Positions 30,101 through 42,700 of a stretch of 64,000 bases of DNA are shown one piece after another (the first letter of the stretch is position 1; every line of letters begins with the position of its first letter). Under the pieces are notes generated by a model. The model was given only the letters and a program-made list of their open reading frames with translations. It did no database searches and was not told the origin of the DNA. The position numbers and the translations under genes were made by a program. Origin of the DNA: Eledone cirrhosa (taxonomy: Eukaryota); assembly GCA_964016885.1 (NCBI GenBank), contig OZ024741.1, forward strand, positions 408,952,001 through 409,016,000, written 5' to 3'.

Positions 30101-33100
30101 CTATTGTAAAAGGAAGACTGTACCTATTTTAAAAGGAAGACTGTGTACCTATTTTAAAAGGAAGACTGTACCTATTTCAAAAGGGAGACTGTCTACCTAT
30201 TTTAAAAGGGACACTGTAATTATTTTAAAAGGAAGACTGTACCTATTTTAAAAGGAAGACTGCACCTATTTTGAAAGGGAGACTGTGTACCTATTTTAAA
30301 AGGGAGACTGTCTACCTATTTTAAAGGGGAGACTGTGTACCTATTTTAAAAGGGAGACTGTACCTATTTTAAAAGGAAGACTGTACCTATTTTAAAAGGA
30401 AGACTGTGTACCTATTTTAAAAGGGAGAGTGTGTACCTATTTTAAAAGGAAGACTGTGTAGCTATTTTAAAAGGGAGACTGTGTACCTATTTTAAAAGGA
30501 AGACTGTGTACCTATTTTAAAAGGGAGACTGTACCTATACTAAAAGGAAGACTGTGTACCTATTTTAAAAGGAAGACTGTACCTATTTTAAAAGGACGAC
30601 TGTACCTATTTTAAAAGGAAGACTGTACCTATTTTAAAAGGAAGACTGTGTACCTATTTTAAAAGGGAGACTGTGTACCTATTTTAAAATGAAGACTGTA
30701 CCTATTTTAAAAGGAAGACTGTGTACCTATTTTAAAAGGGAGACTGTACCTATTTTAAAAGGAAGACTGTACCTATTTTAAAAGGAATACTGCACCTATT
30801 TTGAAAGGGAGACTGTGTACCTATTTTAAAAGGGAGACTGTCTACCTATTTTAAAGGGGAGACTGTGTACCTATTTTAAAAGGGATACTGTGTACCTATT
30901 TTAAAAGGAAGACTGTGTACCTATTTTAAAAGAGAGACTGTGTACCTATTTTAAAAGGAAGACTGTGTACCTATTTTAAAAGTGAGACTGTACCTATATT
31001 AAAAGGAAGACTGTGTACCTATTTTAAAAGGAAGACTGTACCTATTTTAAAAGGACGACTGTACCTATTTTAAAAGGAAGACTGTACCTATTTTAAAAGG
31101 AAGACTGTGTACGTATTTTAAAAGGGAGACTGTGTACCTATTTTAAAATGAAGATTGTACCTATTTTAAAAGGAAGACTGTGTACCTATTTTAAAAGGGA
31201 GACTGTACCTATTTTAAAAGGAAGACTGTACCTATTTTAACAGGAAGACTGTACCTATTTTAAAAGGAAGATTGTGTACCTATTTTAAAAGGGAGACTGT
31301 ACCTATTTTAAAAGGGAGACTATACCTATTTTCAAAGGGAGACTTACCTATTTTAAAAGGGAGACTGTGTACCTATTTTAAAAGGAATACTGTACCTATT
31401 TTAAAAGGAAGACTGTGTACCTATTTTAAAAGGAAGACTGTACCTATTTTAAAAGGAAGACTGTACCTATTTTAAAAGGAAGACTGTACCTATTTTAAAA
31501 GGAAGACTGTGTACCTATTTTAAAAGGGAGACTGCACCTATTTTAAAAGGGAGACTGTACCTATTTTAATAGGAAGACGGTACCTATTTTAAAAGGGAGA
31601 CTGTACCTATTTTAAAAGGAAGACTCTACCTATTTTAAAAGGAAGACTGTACCTATTTTAAAAGGAAGACTGTGTACCTTTATTAAAAGGGAGACTGTGT
31701 ACGTACTTTAAAAGGAAGACTGTGTACCTATTTTAAAAGGGAGACTGCACCTATTTTAAAAGGGAGACTGTACCTATTTTAAAAGGAAGACTGTGTACCT
31801 ATTTTAAAAGGGAAACTGTACCTATTTTAAAAGGAAGACTCTACCTATTTTAAAAGGAAGACTGTGTACCTATTTTAAAAGGGAGACTGTACCTATTGTA
31901 AAAGTAAGACTGTACCTATTTTAAAAGGAAGACTGTGTACCTATTTTAAAAGGAAGACTGTACCTATTTTAAAAGGGAGACTGTCTACCTATTTTAAAAG
32001 GGACACTGTACCTATTTCAAAAGGAAGACTGTACCTATTTTAAAAGGAAGACTGCACCTATTTTGAAAGGGAGACTGTGTACCTATTTTAAAAGGGAGAC
32101 TGTCTGCCTATTTTAAAGGGGAGACTGTGTACCTATTTTAAAAGGGAGACTGTACCTATTTTAAAAGGAAGACTGTACCTATTTTAAAAGGAAGAGTGTG
32201 TACCTATTTTAAAAGGGAGACTGTGTACCTATTTTAAAAGGAAGACTGTATAGCTATTTTAAAAGGGAGACTGTGTACCTATTTTAAAAGGAAGTCTGTG
32301 TACCTATTTTAAAAGGGAGACTGTACCTATATTAAAAGGAAGACTGTGTACCTATTTTAAAAGGAAGACTGTACCTATTTTAAAAGGACGACTGTACCTA
32401 TTTTAAAAGGAAGACTGTACCTATTTTAAAAGGCAGACTGTGTACCTATTTTAAAAGGGAGACTGTGTACCTATTTTAAAATGAAGACTGTACCTATTTT
32501 AAAAGGAAGACTGTGTACCTATTTTAAAAAAGAGACTGTACCTATTTTAAAAGGAAGACTGTACCTATTTTAACAGGAAGACTGCACCTATTTTGAAAGG
32601 GAGATTGTGTACCTATTTTAAAAGGGAGACTGTCTACCTATTTTAAAGGGGAGACTGTGTACCTATTTTAAAAGGGATACTGTACCTATTTTAAAAGGAA
32701 GACTGTACCTATTTTAAAAGGAAGACTGTGTACCTATTTTAAAAGGGAGACTGTGTACCTATTTTAAAAGGAAGACTGTGTACCTATTTTAAAAGGGAGA
32801 CTGTGTACCTATTTGTAAAAGGAAGACTGTGTACCTATTTCAAAAGGGAGACTGTACCTATATTAAAAGGAAGACTGTGTACCTATTTTAAAAGGAAGAC
32901 TGTACCTATTTTAAAAGGACGACTGTACCTATTTTAAAAGGAAGACTGTACCTATTTTAAAAGGAAGACTGTGTACGTATTTTAAAAGGGAGACTGTGTA
33001 CCTATTTTAAAATGAAGATTTTACCTATTTTAAAAGGAAGACTGTGTACCTATTTTAAAAGGGAGACTTACCTATTTTAAAAGGAAGACTGTACCTATTT

Positions 33101-36100
33101 TAAAAGTAAGACTGTACCTATTTTAAAAGGAAGATTGTGTACCTATTTTAAAAGGGAGACTGTACCTATTTTAAAAGGGCGACTATACCTATTTTCAAAG
33201 GGAGACCTACCTATTTTAAAAGGGAGACTGTGTACCTATTTTAAAAGGAAGACTGTACCTATTTTAAAAGGAAGACTGTGTACCTATTTTAAAAGGAAGA
33301 CTGTACCTATTTTAAAAGGAAGACTGTACCTATTTTAAAAGGAAGACTGTACCTATTTTAAAAGGAAGATTGTGTACCTATTTTAAAAGGGAGACTGTAC
33401 CTATTTTAAAAGGAAGACTGTACCTATTTTAAAAGGAAGACTGTACCTATTTTAAAAGGAAGATTGTGTACCTATTTTAAAAGGGACACTGTACCTATTT
33501 TGAAAGGAAGACTGTACTTATTTTAAAAGGAAGACTGTACCTATTTTAAAAGGAAGACAGTGTACCTGTTTTAAAAGGGAGACTGTGTACCTATTTTAAA
33601 AGGGAGACTGTGTACCTATTTTAAAAGGAAGACTGTGTACCTATTTTAAAAGGGAGACTGTACCTATTTTAAAAGGAAGACTGTGTACGTATTTTAAAAG
33701 GGAGACTGTACCTATTTAAAATAGAAGACTGTACCTATTTTAAAAGGAAGACTGTACCTATTTTAAAAGGAAGACTGTGTACCTTTATTAAAAGGGAGAC
33801 TGTGTACGTATTTTAAAAGGAAGACTGTGTACCTATTTTAAAAGGGAGACTGCACCTATTTTAAAAGGGAGACTGTACCTATTTTAAAAGGAAGACTGTG
33901 TACCTATTTTAAAAGGGAAACTGTACCTATTTTAAAAGTAAGACTCTACCTATTTTAAAAGGAAGACTGTGTACCTATTTTAAAAGGGAGACTGTACCTA
34001 TTGTAAAAGGAAGACTGTACCTATTTTAAAAGGAAGACTGTGTACCTATTTTAAAAGGAAGACTGTACCTATTTTAAAAGGGAGACTGTCTACCTATTTT
34101 AAAAGGGACACTGTAATTATTTTAAAAGGAAGACTGTACCTATTTTAAAAGGAAGACTGCACCTATTTTGAAAGGGAGACTGTGTACCTATTTTAAAAGG
34201 GAGACTGTCTAACTATTTTAAAGGGGAGACTGTGTACCTATTTTAAAAGGGAGACTGTACCTATTTTAAAAGGAAGACTGTACCTATTTTAAAAGGAAGA
34301 CTGTGTACCTATTTTAAAAGGGAGACTGTGTACCTATTTTAAAAGGAAGACTGTGTAGCTATTTTAAAAGGGAGACTGTGTACCTATTTTAAAAGGAAGA
34401 CTGTGTACCTATTTTAAAAGGGAGACTGTACCTATACTACAAGGAAGACTGTGTACCTATTTTAAAAGGAAGACTGTACCTATTTTAAAAGGACGACTGT
34501 ACCTATTTTAAAAGGAAGACTGTACCTATTTTAAAAGGAAGACTGTGTACCTATTTTAAAAGGGAGACTGTGTACCTATTTTAAAATGAAGACTGTACCT
34601 ATTTTAAAAGGAAGACTGTGTACCTATTTTAAAAGGGAGACTGTACCTACTTTAAAAGGAAGACTGTACCTATTTTAAAAGGAAGACTGCACCTATTTTG
34701 AAAGGGAGACTGTGTACCTATTTTAAAAGGGAGACTGTCTACCTATTTTAAAGGGGAGACTGTGTACCTATTTTAAAAGGGATACTGTGTACCTATTTTA
34801 AAAGGAAGACTGTGTACCTATTTTAAAAGAGAGACTGTGTACCTATTTTAAAAGGAAGACTGTGTACCTATTTTAAAAGTGAGACTGTACCTATATTAAA
34901 AGGAAGACTGTGTACCTATTTTAAAAGGAAGACTGTACCTATTTTAAAAGGACGACTGTACCTATTTTAAAAGGAAGACTGTACCTATTTTAAAAGGAAG
35001 ACTGTGTACGTATTTTAAAAGGGAGACTGTGTACCTATTTTAAAATGAAGATTGTACCTATTTTAAATGGAAGACTGTGTACCTATTTTAAAAGGGAGAC
35101 TGTACCTATTTTAAAAGGAAGACTGTACCTATTTTAACAGGAAGACTGTACCTATTTTAAAAGGAAGATTGTGTACCTATTTTAAAAGGGAGACTGTACC
35201 TATTTTAAAAGGGCGACTATACCTATTTTCAAAGGGAGACTTACCTATTTTAAAAGGGAGACTCTGTACCTATTTTAAAAGGAATACTGTACCTATTTTA
35301 AAAGGAAGACTGTGTACCTATTTTAAAAGGAAGACTGTACCTATTTTAAAAGGAAGACTGTACCTATTTTAAAAGGAAGACTGTACCTATTTTAAAAGGA
35401 AGACTGTGTACCTATTTTAAAAGGGAGACTGCACCTATTTTAAAAGGGAGACTGTACCTATTTTAATAGGAAGACGGTACCTATTTTAAAAGGGAGACTT
35501 ACCTATTTTAAAAGGAAGACTCTACCTATTTTAAAAGGAAGACTGTACCTATTTTAAAAGGAAGACTGTCTACCTTTATTAAAAGGGAGACTGTGTACGT
35601 ATTTTAAAAGGAAGACTGTGTACCTATTTTAAAAGGGAGACTGCACCTATTTTAAAAGGGAGACTGTACCTATTTTAAAAGGAAGACTGTGTACCTATTT
35701 TAAAAGGGAAACTGTACCTATTTTAAAAGGAAGACTCTACCTATTTTAAAAGGAAGACTGTGTACCTATTTTAAAAGGGAGACTGTACCTATTGTAAAAG
35801 TAAGACTGTACCAATTTTAAAAGCAAGACTGTGTACCTATTTTAAAAGGAAGACTGTGCCTATTTTAAAAGGGAGACTGTCTACCTATTTTAAAAGGGAC
35901 ACTGTACCTATTTCAAAAGGAAGACTGTACCTATTTTAAAAGGAAGACTGCACCTATTTTGAAAGGGAGACTGTGTACCTATTTTAAAAGGGAGACTGTC
36001 TGCCTATTTTAAAGGGGAGACTGTGTACCTATTTTAAAAGGGAGACTGTACCTATTTTAAAAGGAAGACTGTACCTATTTTAAAAGGAAGACTGTGTACC

Positions 36101-36720
36101 TATTTTAAAAGGGAGACTGTGTACCTATTTTAAAAGGAAGACTGTATAGCTATTTTAAAAGGGAGACTGTGTACCTATTTTGAAAGGGAGACTGTGTACC
36201 TATTTTAAAAGGGAGACTGTCTACCTATTTTAAAGGGGAGACTGTGTACTTATTTTAAAAGGGATACTGTACCTATTTTAAAAGGAAGACTGTACCTATT
36301 TTAAAAGGAAGACTGTGTACCTATTTTAAAAGGGAGACTGTGTACCTATTTTAAAAGGAAGACTGTGTACCTATTTTAAAAGGGAGACTGTGTACCTATT
36401 TGTAAAAGGAAGACTGTGTACCTATTTTAAAGGGAGACTGTACCTATATTAAAAGGAATACTGTGTACCTATTTTAAAAGGAAGACTGTACCTATTTTAA
36501 AAGGACGACTGTACCTATTTTAAAAGGAAGACTGTACCTATTTTAAAATGAAGACTGTGTACGTATTTTAAAAGGGAGACTGTGTACCTATTTTAAAATG
36601 AAGATTTTACCTATTTTAAAAGGAAGACTGTGTACCTATTTTAAAAGGGAGACTTACCTATTTTAAAAGGAAGACTGTACCTATTTTAAAAGGAAGACTG
36701 TACCTATTTTAAAAGGAAGA
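9100..36720 (+). repeat. HOR domain II: modular mosaic of about 1862, 1485, 1053 and 1008 bp blocks, plus about 2584-bp and 1122-bp duplications
   Basis: Spacings of the recurring landmark (ORF-track starts 14556 to 36721) are 1863, 1485, 1053, 1008, 2984, 1053, 1008, 1862, 1053, 1862, 1485, 1863, 2034 and 1552. Domain markers include TAATAGGAAGACGGTAC, GACTGTCTGC, CCTTTATTAAAA, CTATACTAAA and TTTGTAAAAGG. Confidence 0.88.
20221..22464 (+). repeat. Local 1122-bp tandem duplication within domain II
   Basis: GAGACTGCACC...TAATAGGAAGACGG begins at 20221 and 21343. The 1-bp-deleted GACTGTCTGCTATT lies at 20791 and 21913. Confidence 0.88.
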
Positions 36721-39700
36721 TTGTGTACCTATTTTAAAAGGGAGACTGTACCTATTTTAAAAGGGCGACTATACCTATTTTCAAAGGGAGACTTACCTAT
36801 TTTAAAAGGGAGACTGTGTACCTATTTTAAAAGGAAGACTGTACCTATTTTAAAAGGAAGACTGTGTACCTATTTTAAAAGGAAGACTGTACCTATTTTA
36901 AAAGGAAGACTGTACCTATTTTAAAAGGAAGACTGTACCTATTTTAAAAGGAAGATTGTGTACCTATTTTAAAAGGGAGACTGTACCTATTTTAAAAGGA
37001 AGACTGTACCTATTTTAAAAGGAAGACTGTACCTATTTTAAAAGGAAGATTGTGTACCTATTTTAAAAGGGACACTGTACCTATTTTAAAAGGAAGACTG
37101 TACTTATTTTAAAAGGAAGACTGTACCTATTTTAAAAGGAAGACAGTGTACCTGTTTTAAAAGGGAGACTGTGTACCTATTTTAAAAGGGAGACTGTGTA
37201 CCTATTTTAAAAGGAAGACTGTGTACCTATTTTAAAAGGGAGACTGTACCTATTTTAAAAGGAAGACTGTGTACGTATTTTAAAAGGGAGACTGTACCTA
37301 TTTAAAAAAGAAGACTGTACCTATTTTAAAAGGAAGACTCTACATATTTGAAAAGAAAGACTGTGTACCTATTTTAAAAGGGAGACTGCACCTATTTTAA
37401 AAGGGAGACTGTACCTATTTTAAAAGGAAGACTGTACCTATTTTAAAAGGGAGACTGTACCAATTTTAAAAGGAAGACTCTACCAATTTTAAAAGGGAGA
37501 CTGTGTACCTATTTTAAAAGGAAGACTGTGTAGCTATTTTAAAAGGGAGACTGTGTACCTATTTTAAAAGGAAGACTGTGTACCTATTTTAAAAGGGAGA
37601 CTGTACCTATATTAAAAGGAAGACTGTGTACCTATTTTAAAAGGAAGACTGTACCTATTTTAAAAGGACGACTGTACCTATTTTAAAAGGAAGACTGTAC
37701 CTATTTCAAAAGGAAGACTATGTAACTATTTTAAAAGGGAGACTGTGAACCTATTTTAAAATGAAGACTGTGTACCTATTTTAAAAGGGAGACTGTACCT
37801 ATTTTAAAAGGAAGACTGTACCTATTTTAAAAGGAAGACTCTACATATTTTAAAAGGAAGACTGTACCTATTTTAAAAAGAAGACTGTGTACCTATTTCA
37901 AAAGGAAGACTGTGTACCTATTTTAAAAGGGAGACTATGTACCTATTTTAAGAGGACGAAGATACCTATTTTAAAAGGAAGACTGTACCTATTTTAAAAG
38001 GGAGACTGTACCTATTTTAAAAGGAAGACTCTACCTATTTTAAAAGGAAGACTGTACCTATTTTAAAAAGAAGACTGTGTACCTATATTAAAAGGGAGAC
38101 TGTGTACGTATTTTAAAAGGATGATTGTGTACCTATTTTAAATGGGAGACTGTACCTATTTTAAAAGGAAGACTGTACCTATTTAAAAGGAAGACTGTAC
38201 CTATTTTAAAAGGAAGACTGTGTACCTATTTTAAAAGGGAGACTGTACCTATTTTAAAAGGAAGACTCTACCTATTTTAAAAGGAAGACTGTGTACCTAT
38301 TTTAAAAGGGAGACTGTATCTATTGTAAAAGGAATACTGTACCTATTTTAAAATGAAGACTGTACCTATTTTAAAAGGAAGACTCTACATATTTTAAAAG
38401 GAAGACTGTGTACTTATTTCAAAAGGGAGACTGCACCTATTTTAAAAGGGAGACTGTACCTATTTTAAAAGGAAGACTGTACCTATTTTAAAAGGAAGAC
38501 TGTGTACCTATTTTAAAAGGGAGACTGTACCTATTTTAAAAGGAAGACTGTGTACGTATTTTAAAAGGGAGACTGTACCTATTTTAAAAAGAAGACTGTG
38601 TACCTATTTCAAAAGGAAGACTGTGTACCTATTTTAAAAGGGAGACTATGTACCTATTTTAAGAGGACGAAGATACCTATTTTAAAAGGAAGACTGTACC
38701 TATTTTAAAAGGGAGACTGTACCTATTTTAAAAGGAAGACTCTACCTATTTTAAAAGGAAGACTGTACCTATTTTAAAAAGAAGACTGTGTACCTATATT
38801 AAAAGGGAGACTGTGTACGTATTTTAAAAGGAAGACTGTGTACCTATTTTAAATGGGAGACTGTACCTATTTTAAAAGGAAGACTGTACCTATTTTAAAA
38901 GGAAGACTGTACCTATTTTAAAAGGAAGACTGTGTACCTATTTTAAAAGGGAGACTGTACCTATTTTAAAAGGAAGACTCTACCTATTTTAAAAGGAAGA
39001 CTGTGTACCTATTTTAAAAGGGAGACTGTATCTATTGTAAAAGGAATACTGTACCTATTTTAAAATGAAGACTGTACCTATTTTAAAAGGAAGACTCTAC
39101 ATATTTTAAAAGGAAGACTGTGTACTTATTTCAAAAGGGAGACTGCACCTATTTTAAAAGGGAGACTGTACCTATTTTAAAAGGAAGACTGTACCTATTT
39201 TAAAAGGAAGACTGTGTACCTATTTTAAAAGGGAGACTGTACCTATTTTAAAAGGAAGACTGTGTACGTATTTTAAAAGGGAGACTGTACCTATTTAAAA
39301 AAGAAGACTGTACCTATTTTAAAAGGAAGACTCTACATATTTGAAAAGAAAGACTGTGTACCTATTTTAAAAGGGAGACTGCACCTATTTTAAAAGGGAG
39401 ACTGTACCTATTTTAAAAGGAAAACTGTACCTATTTTAAAAGGGAGACTGTACCTATTTTAAAAGGATAGACTCTACCTATTTTAAAAGGAAGACTGTAC
39501 CTATTTTAAAAGGAAGACTGTGTACCTATATTAAAAGGAAGACTGTGTACGTATTTTAAAAGGAAGACTGTGTACCTATTTTAAAAGGGAGACTGCACCT
39601 ATTTTAAAAGGGAGACTGTACCTATTTTAAAAGGAAGACTGTGTACCTATTTCAAAAGGGAGACTGTACCTATTGTAAAAGGAAGACTGTACCTATTTTA

Positions 39701-42700
39701 AAAGGAAGACTGTGTACCTATTTTAAAAGGAAGACTGTACCTATTTTAAAAGGGAGACTGTGTACCTATTTTAAAAGGAAGACTGTGTACCTATTTTAAA
39801 AGGGAGACTGTACCTATTTTAAAAGGAAGACTGTGTACGTATTTTAAAAGGGAGACTGTACCTATTTAAAAAAGAAGACTGTACCTATTTTAAAAGGAAG
39901 ACTCTACATATTTGAAAAGAAAGACTGTGTACCTATTTTAAAAGGGAGACTGCACCTATTTTAAAAGGGAGACTGTACCTATTTTAAAAGGAAGACTGTA
40001 CCTATTTTAAAAGGGAGACTGTACCTATTTTAAAAGGAAGACTCTACCTATTTTAAAAGGGAGACTGTGTACCTATTTTAAAAGGAAGACTGTGTAGCTA
40101 TTTTAAAAGGGAGACTGTGTACCTATTTTAAAAGGAAGACTGTGTACCTATTTTAAAAGGGAGACTGTACCTATATTAAAAGGAAGACTGTGTACCTATT
40201 TTAAAAGGAAGACTGTACCTATTTTAAAAGGACGACTGTACCTATTTTAAAAGGAAGACTGTACCTATTTCAAAAGGAAGACTATGTAACTATTTTAAAA
40301 GGGAGACTGTGAACCTATTTTAAAATGAAGACTGTGTACCTATTTTAAAAGGGAGACTGTACCTATTTTAAAAGGAAGACTGTACCTATTTTAAAAGGAA
40401 GACTCTACATATTTTAAAAGGAAGACTGTACCTATTTTAAAAAGAAGACTGTGTACCTATTTCAAAAGGAAGACTGTGTACCTATTTTAAAAGGGAGACT
40501 ATGTACCTATTTTAAGAGGACGAAGATACCTATTTTAAAAGGAAGACTGTACCTATTTTAAAAGGGAGACTGTACCTATTTTAAAAGGAAGACTCTACCT
40601 ATTTTAAAAGGAAGACTGTACCTATTTTAAAAAGAAGACTGTGTACCTATATTAAAAGGGAGACTGTGTACGTATTTTAAAAGGATGATTGTGTACCTAT
40701 TTTAAATGGGAGACTGTACCTATTTTAAAAGGAAGACTGTACCTATTTTAAAAGGAAGACTGTACCTATTTTAAAAGGAAGACTGTGTACCTATTTTAAA
40801 AGGGAGACTGTACCTATTTTAAAAGGAAGACTCTACCTATTTTAAAAGGAAGACTGTGTACCTATTTTAAAAGGGAGACTGTATCTATTGTAAAAGGAAT
40901 ACTGTACCTATTTTAAAATGAAGACTGTACCTATTTTAAAAGGAAGACTCTACATATTTTAAAAGGAAGACTGTGTACTTATTTCAAAAGGGAGACTGCA
41001 CCTATTTTAAATGGGAGACTGTACCTATTTTAAAAGGAAGACTGTACCTATTTTAAAAGGAAGACTGTGTACCTATTTTAAAAGGGAGACTGTACCTATT
41101 TTAAAAGGAAGACTGTGTACGTATTTTAAAAGGGAGACTGTACCTATTTAAAAAAGAAGACTGTACCTATTTTAAAAGGAAGACTCTACATATTTGAAAA
41201 GAAAGACTGTGTACCTATTTTAAAAGGGAGACTGCACCTATTTTAAAAGGGAGACTGTACCTATTTTAAAAGGAAAACTGTACCTATTTTAAAAGGGAGA
41301 CTGTACCTATTTTAAAAGGATAGACTCTACCTATTTTAAAAGGAAGACTGTACCTATTTTAAAAGGAAGACTGTGTACCTATATTAAAAGGGAGACTGTG
41401 TACGTATTTTAAAAGGAAGACTGTGTACCTATTTTAAAAGGGAGACTGCACCTATTTTAAAAGGGAGACTGTACCTATTTTAAAAGGAAGACTGTGTACC
41501 TATTTCAAAAGGGAGACTGTACCTATTGTAAAAGGAAGACTGTACCTATTTTAAAAGGAAGACTGTGTACCTATTTTAAAAGGAAGACTGTACCTATTTT
41601 AAAAGGGAGACTGTGTACCTATTTTAAAAGGGAGACTGTGTACCTATTTTAAAAGGAAGACTGTGTACCTATTTTAAAAGGGAGACTGTACCTATTTTAA
41701 AAGGAAGACTGTGTACGTATTTTAAAAGGGAGACTGTACCTATTTAAAAAAGAAGACTGTACCTATTTTAAAAGGAAGACTCTACATATTTGAAAAGAAA
41801 GACTGTGTACCTATTTTAAAAGGGAGACTGCACCTATTTTAAAAGGGAGACTGTACCTATTTTAAAAGGAAGACTGTACCTATTTTAAAAGGGAGACTGT
41901 ACCTATTTTAAAAGGAAGACTCTACCTATTTTAAAAGGGAGACTGTGTACCTATTTTAAAAGGAAGACTGTGTAGCTATTTTAAAAGGGAGACTGTGTAC
42001 CTATTTTAAAAGGAAGACTGTGTACCTATTTTAAAAGGGAGACTGTACCTATATTAAAAGGAAGACTGTGTACCTATTTTAAAAGGAAGACTGTACCTAT
42101 TTTAAAAGGACGACTGTACCTATTTTAAAAGGAAGACTGTACCTATTTCAAAAGGAAGACTATGTAACTATTTTAAAAGGGAGACTGTGAACCTATTTTA
42201 AAATGAAGACTGTGTACCTATTTTAAAAGGGAGACTGTACCTATTTTAAAAGGAAGACTGTACCTATTTTAAAAGGAAGACTCTACATATTTTAAAAGGA
42301 AGACTGTACCTATTTTAAAAAGAAGACTGTGTACCTATTTCAAAAGGAAGACTGTGTACCTATTTTAAAAGGGAGACTATGTACCTATTTTAAGATGACG
42401 AAGATGCCTATTTTAAAAGGAAGACTGTACCTATTTTAAAAGGGAGACTGTACCTATTTTAAAAGGAAGACTCTACCTATTTTAAAAGGAAGACTGTACC
42501 TATTTTAAAAAGAAGACTGTGTACCTATATTAAAAGGGAGACTGTGTACGTATTTTAAAAGGATGATTGTGTACCTATTTTAAATGGGAGACTGTACCTA
42601 TTTTAAAAGGAAGACTGTACCTATTTTAAAAGGAAGACTGTACCTATTTTAAAAGGAAGACTGTGTACCTATTTTAAAAAGGAGACTGTACCTATTTTAA

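Noticed and set aside
1087-36924. Twenty-one 60-68 aa ORFs (MCTYFKRETVPILKGRLYLF...)
   Set aside because: These are pure translations of the satellite. They start at a TTG created by the GATTGTG variant and stay open only because a TTTTCAAAG variant removes one TAA and the monomer lengths dodge the others. There is no ATG, ribosome-binding site or gene context. They are useful only as positional landmarks.
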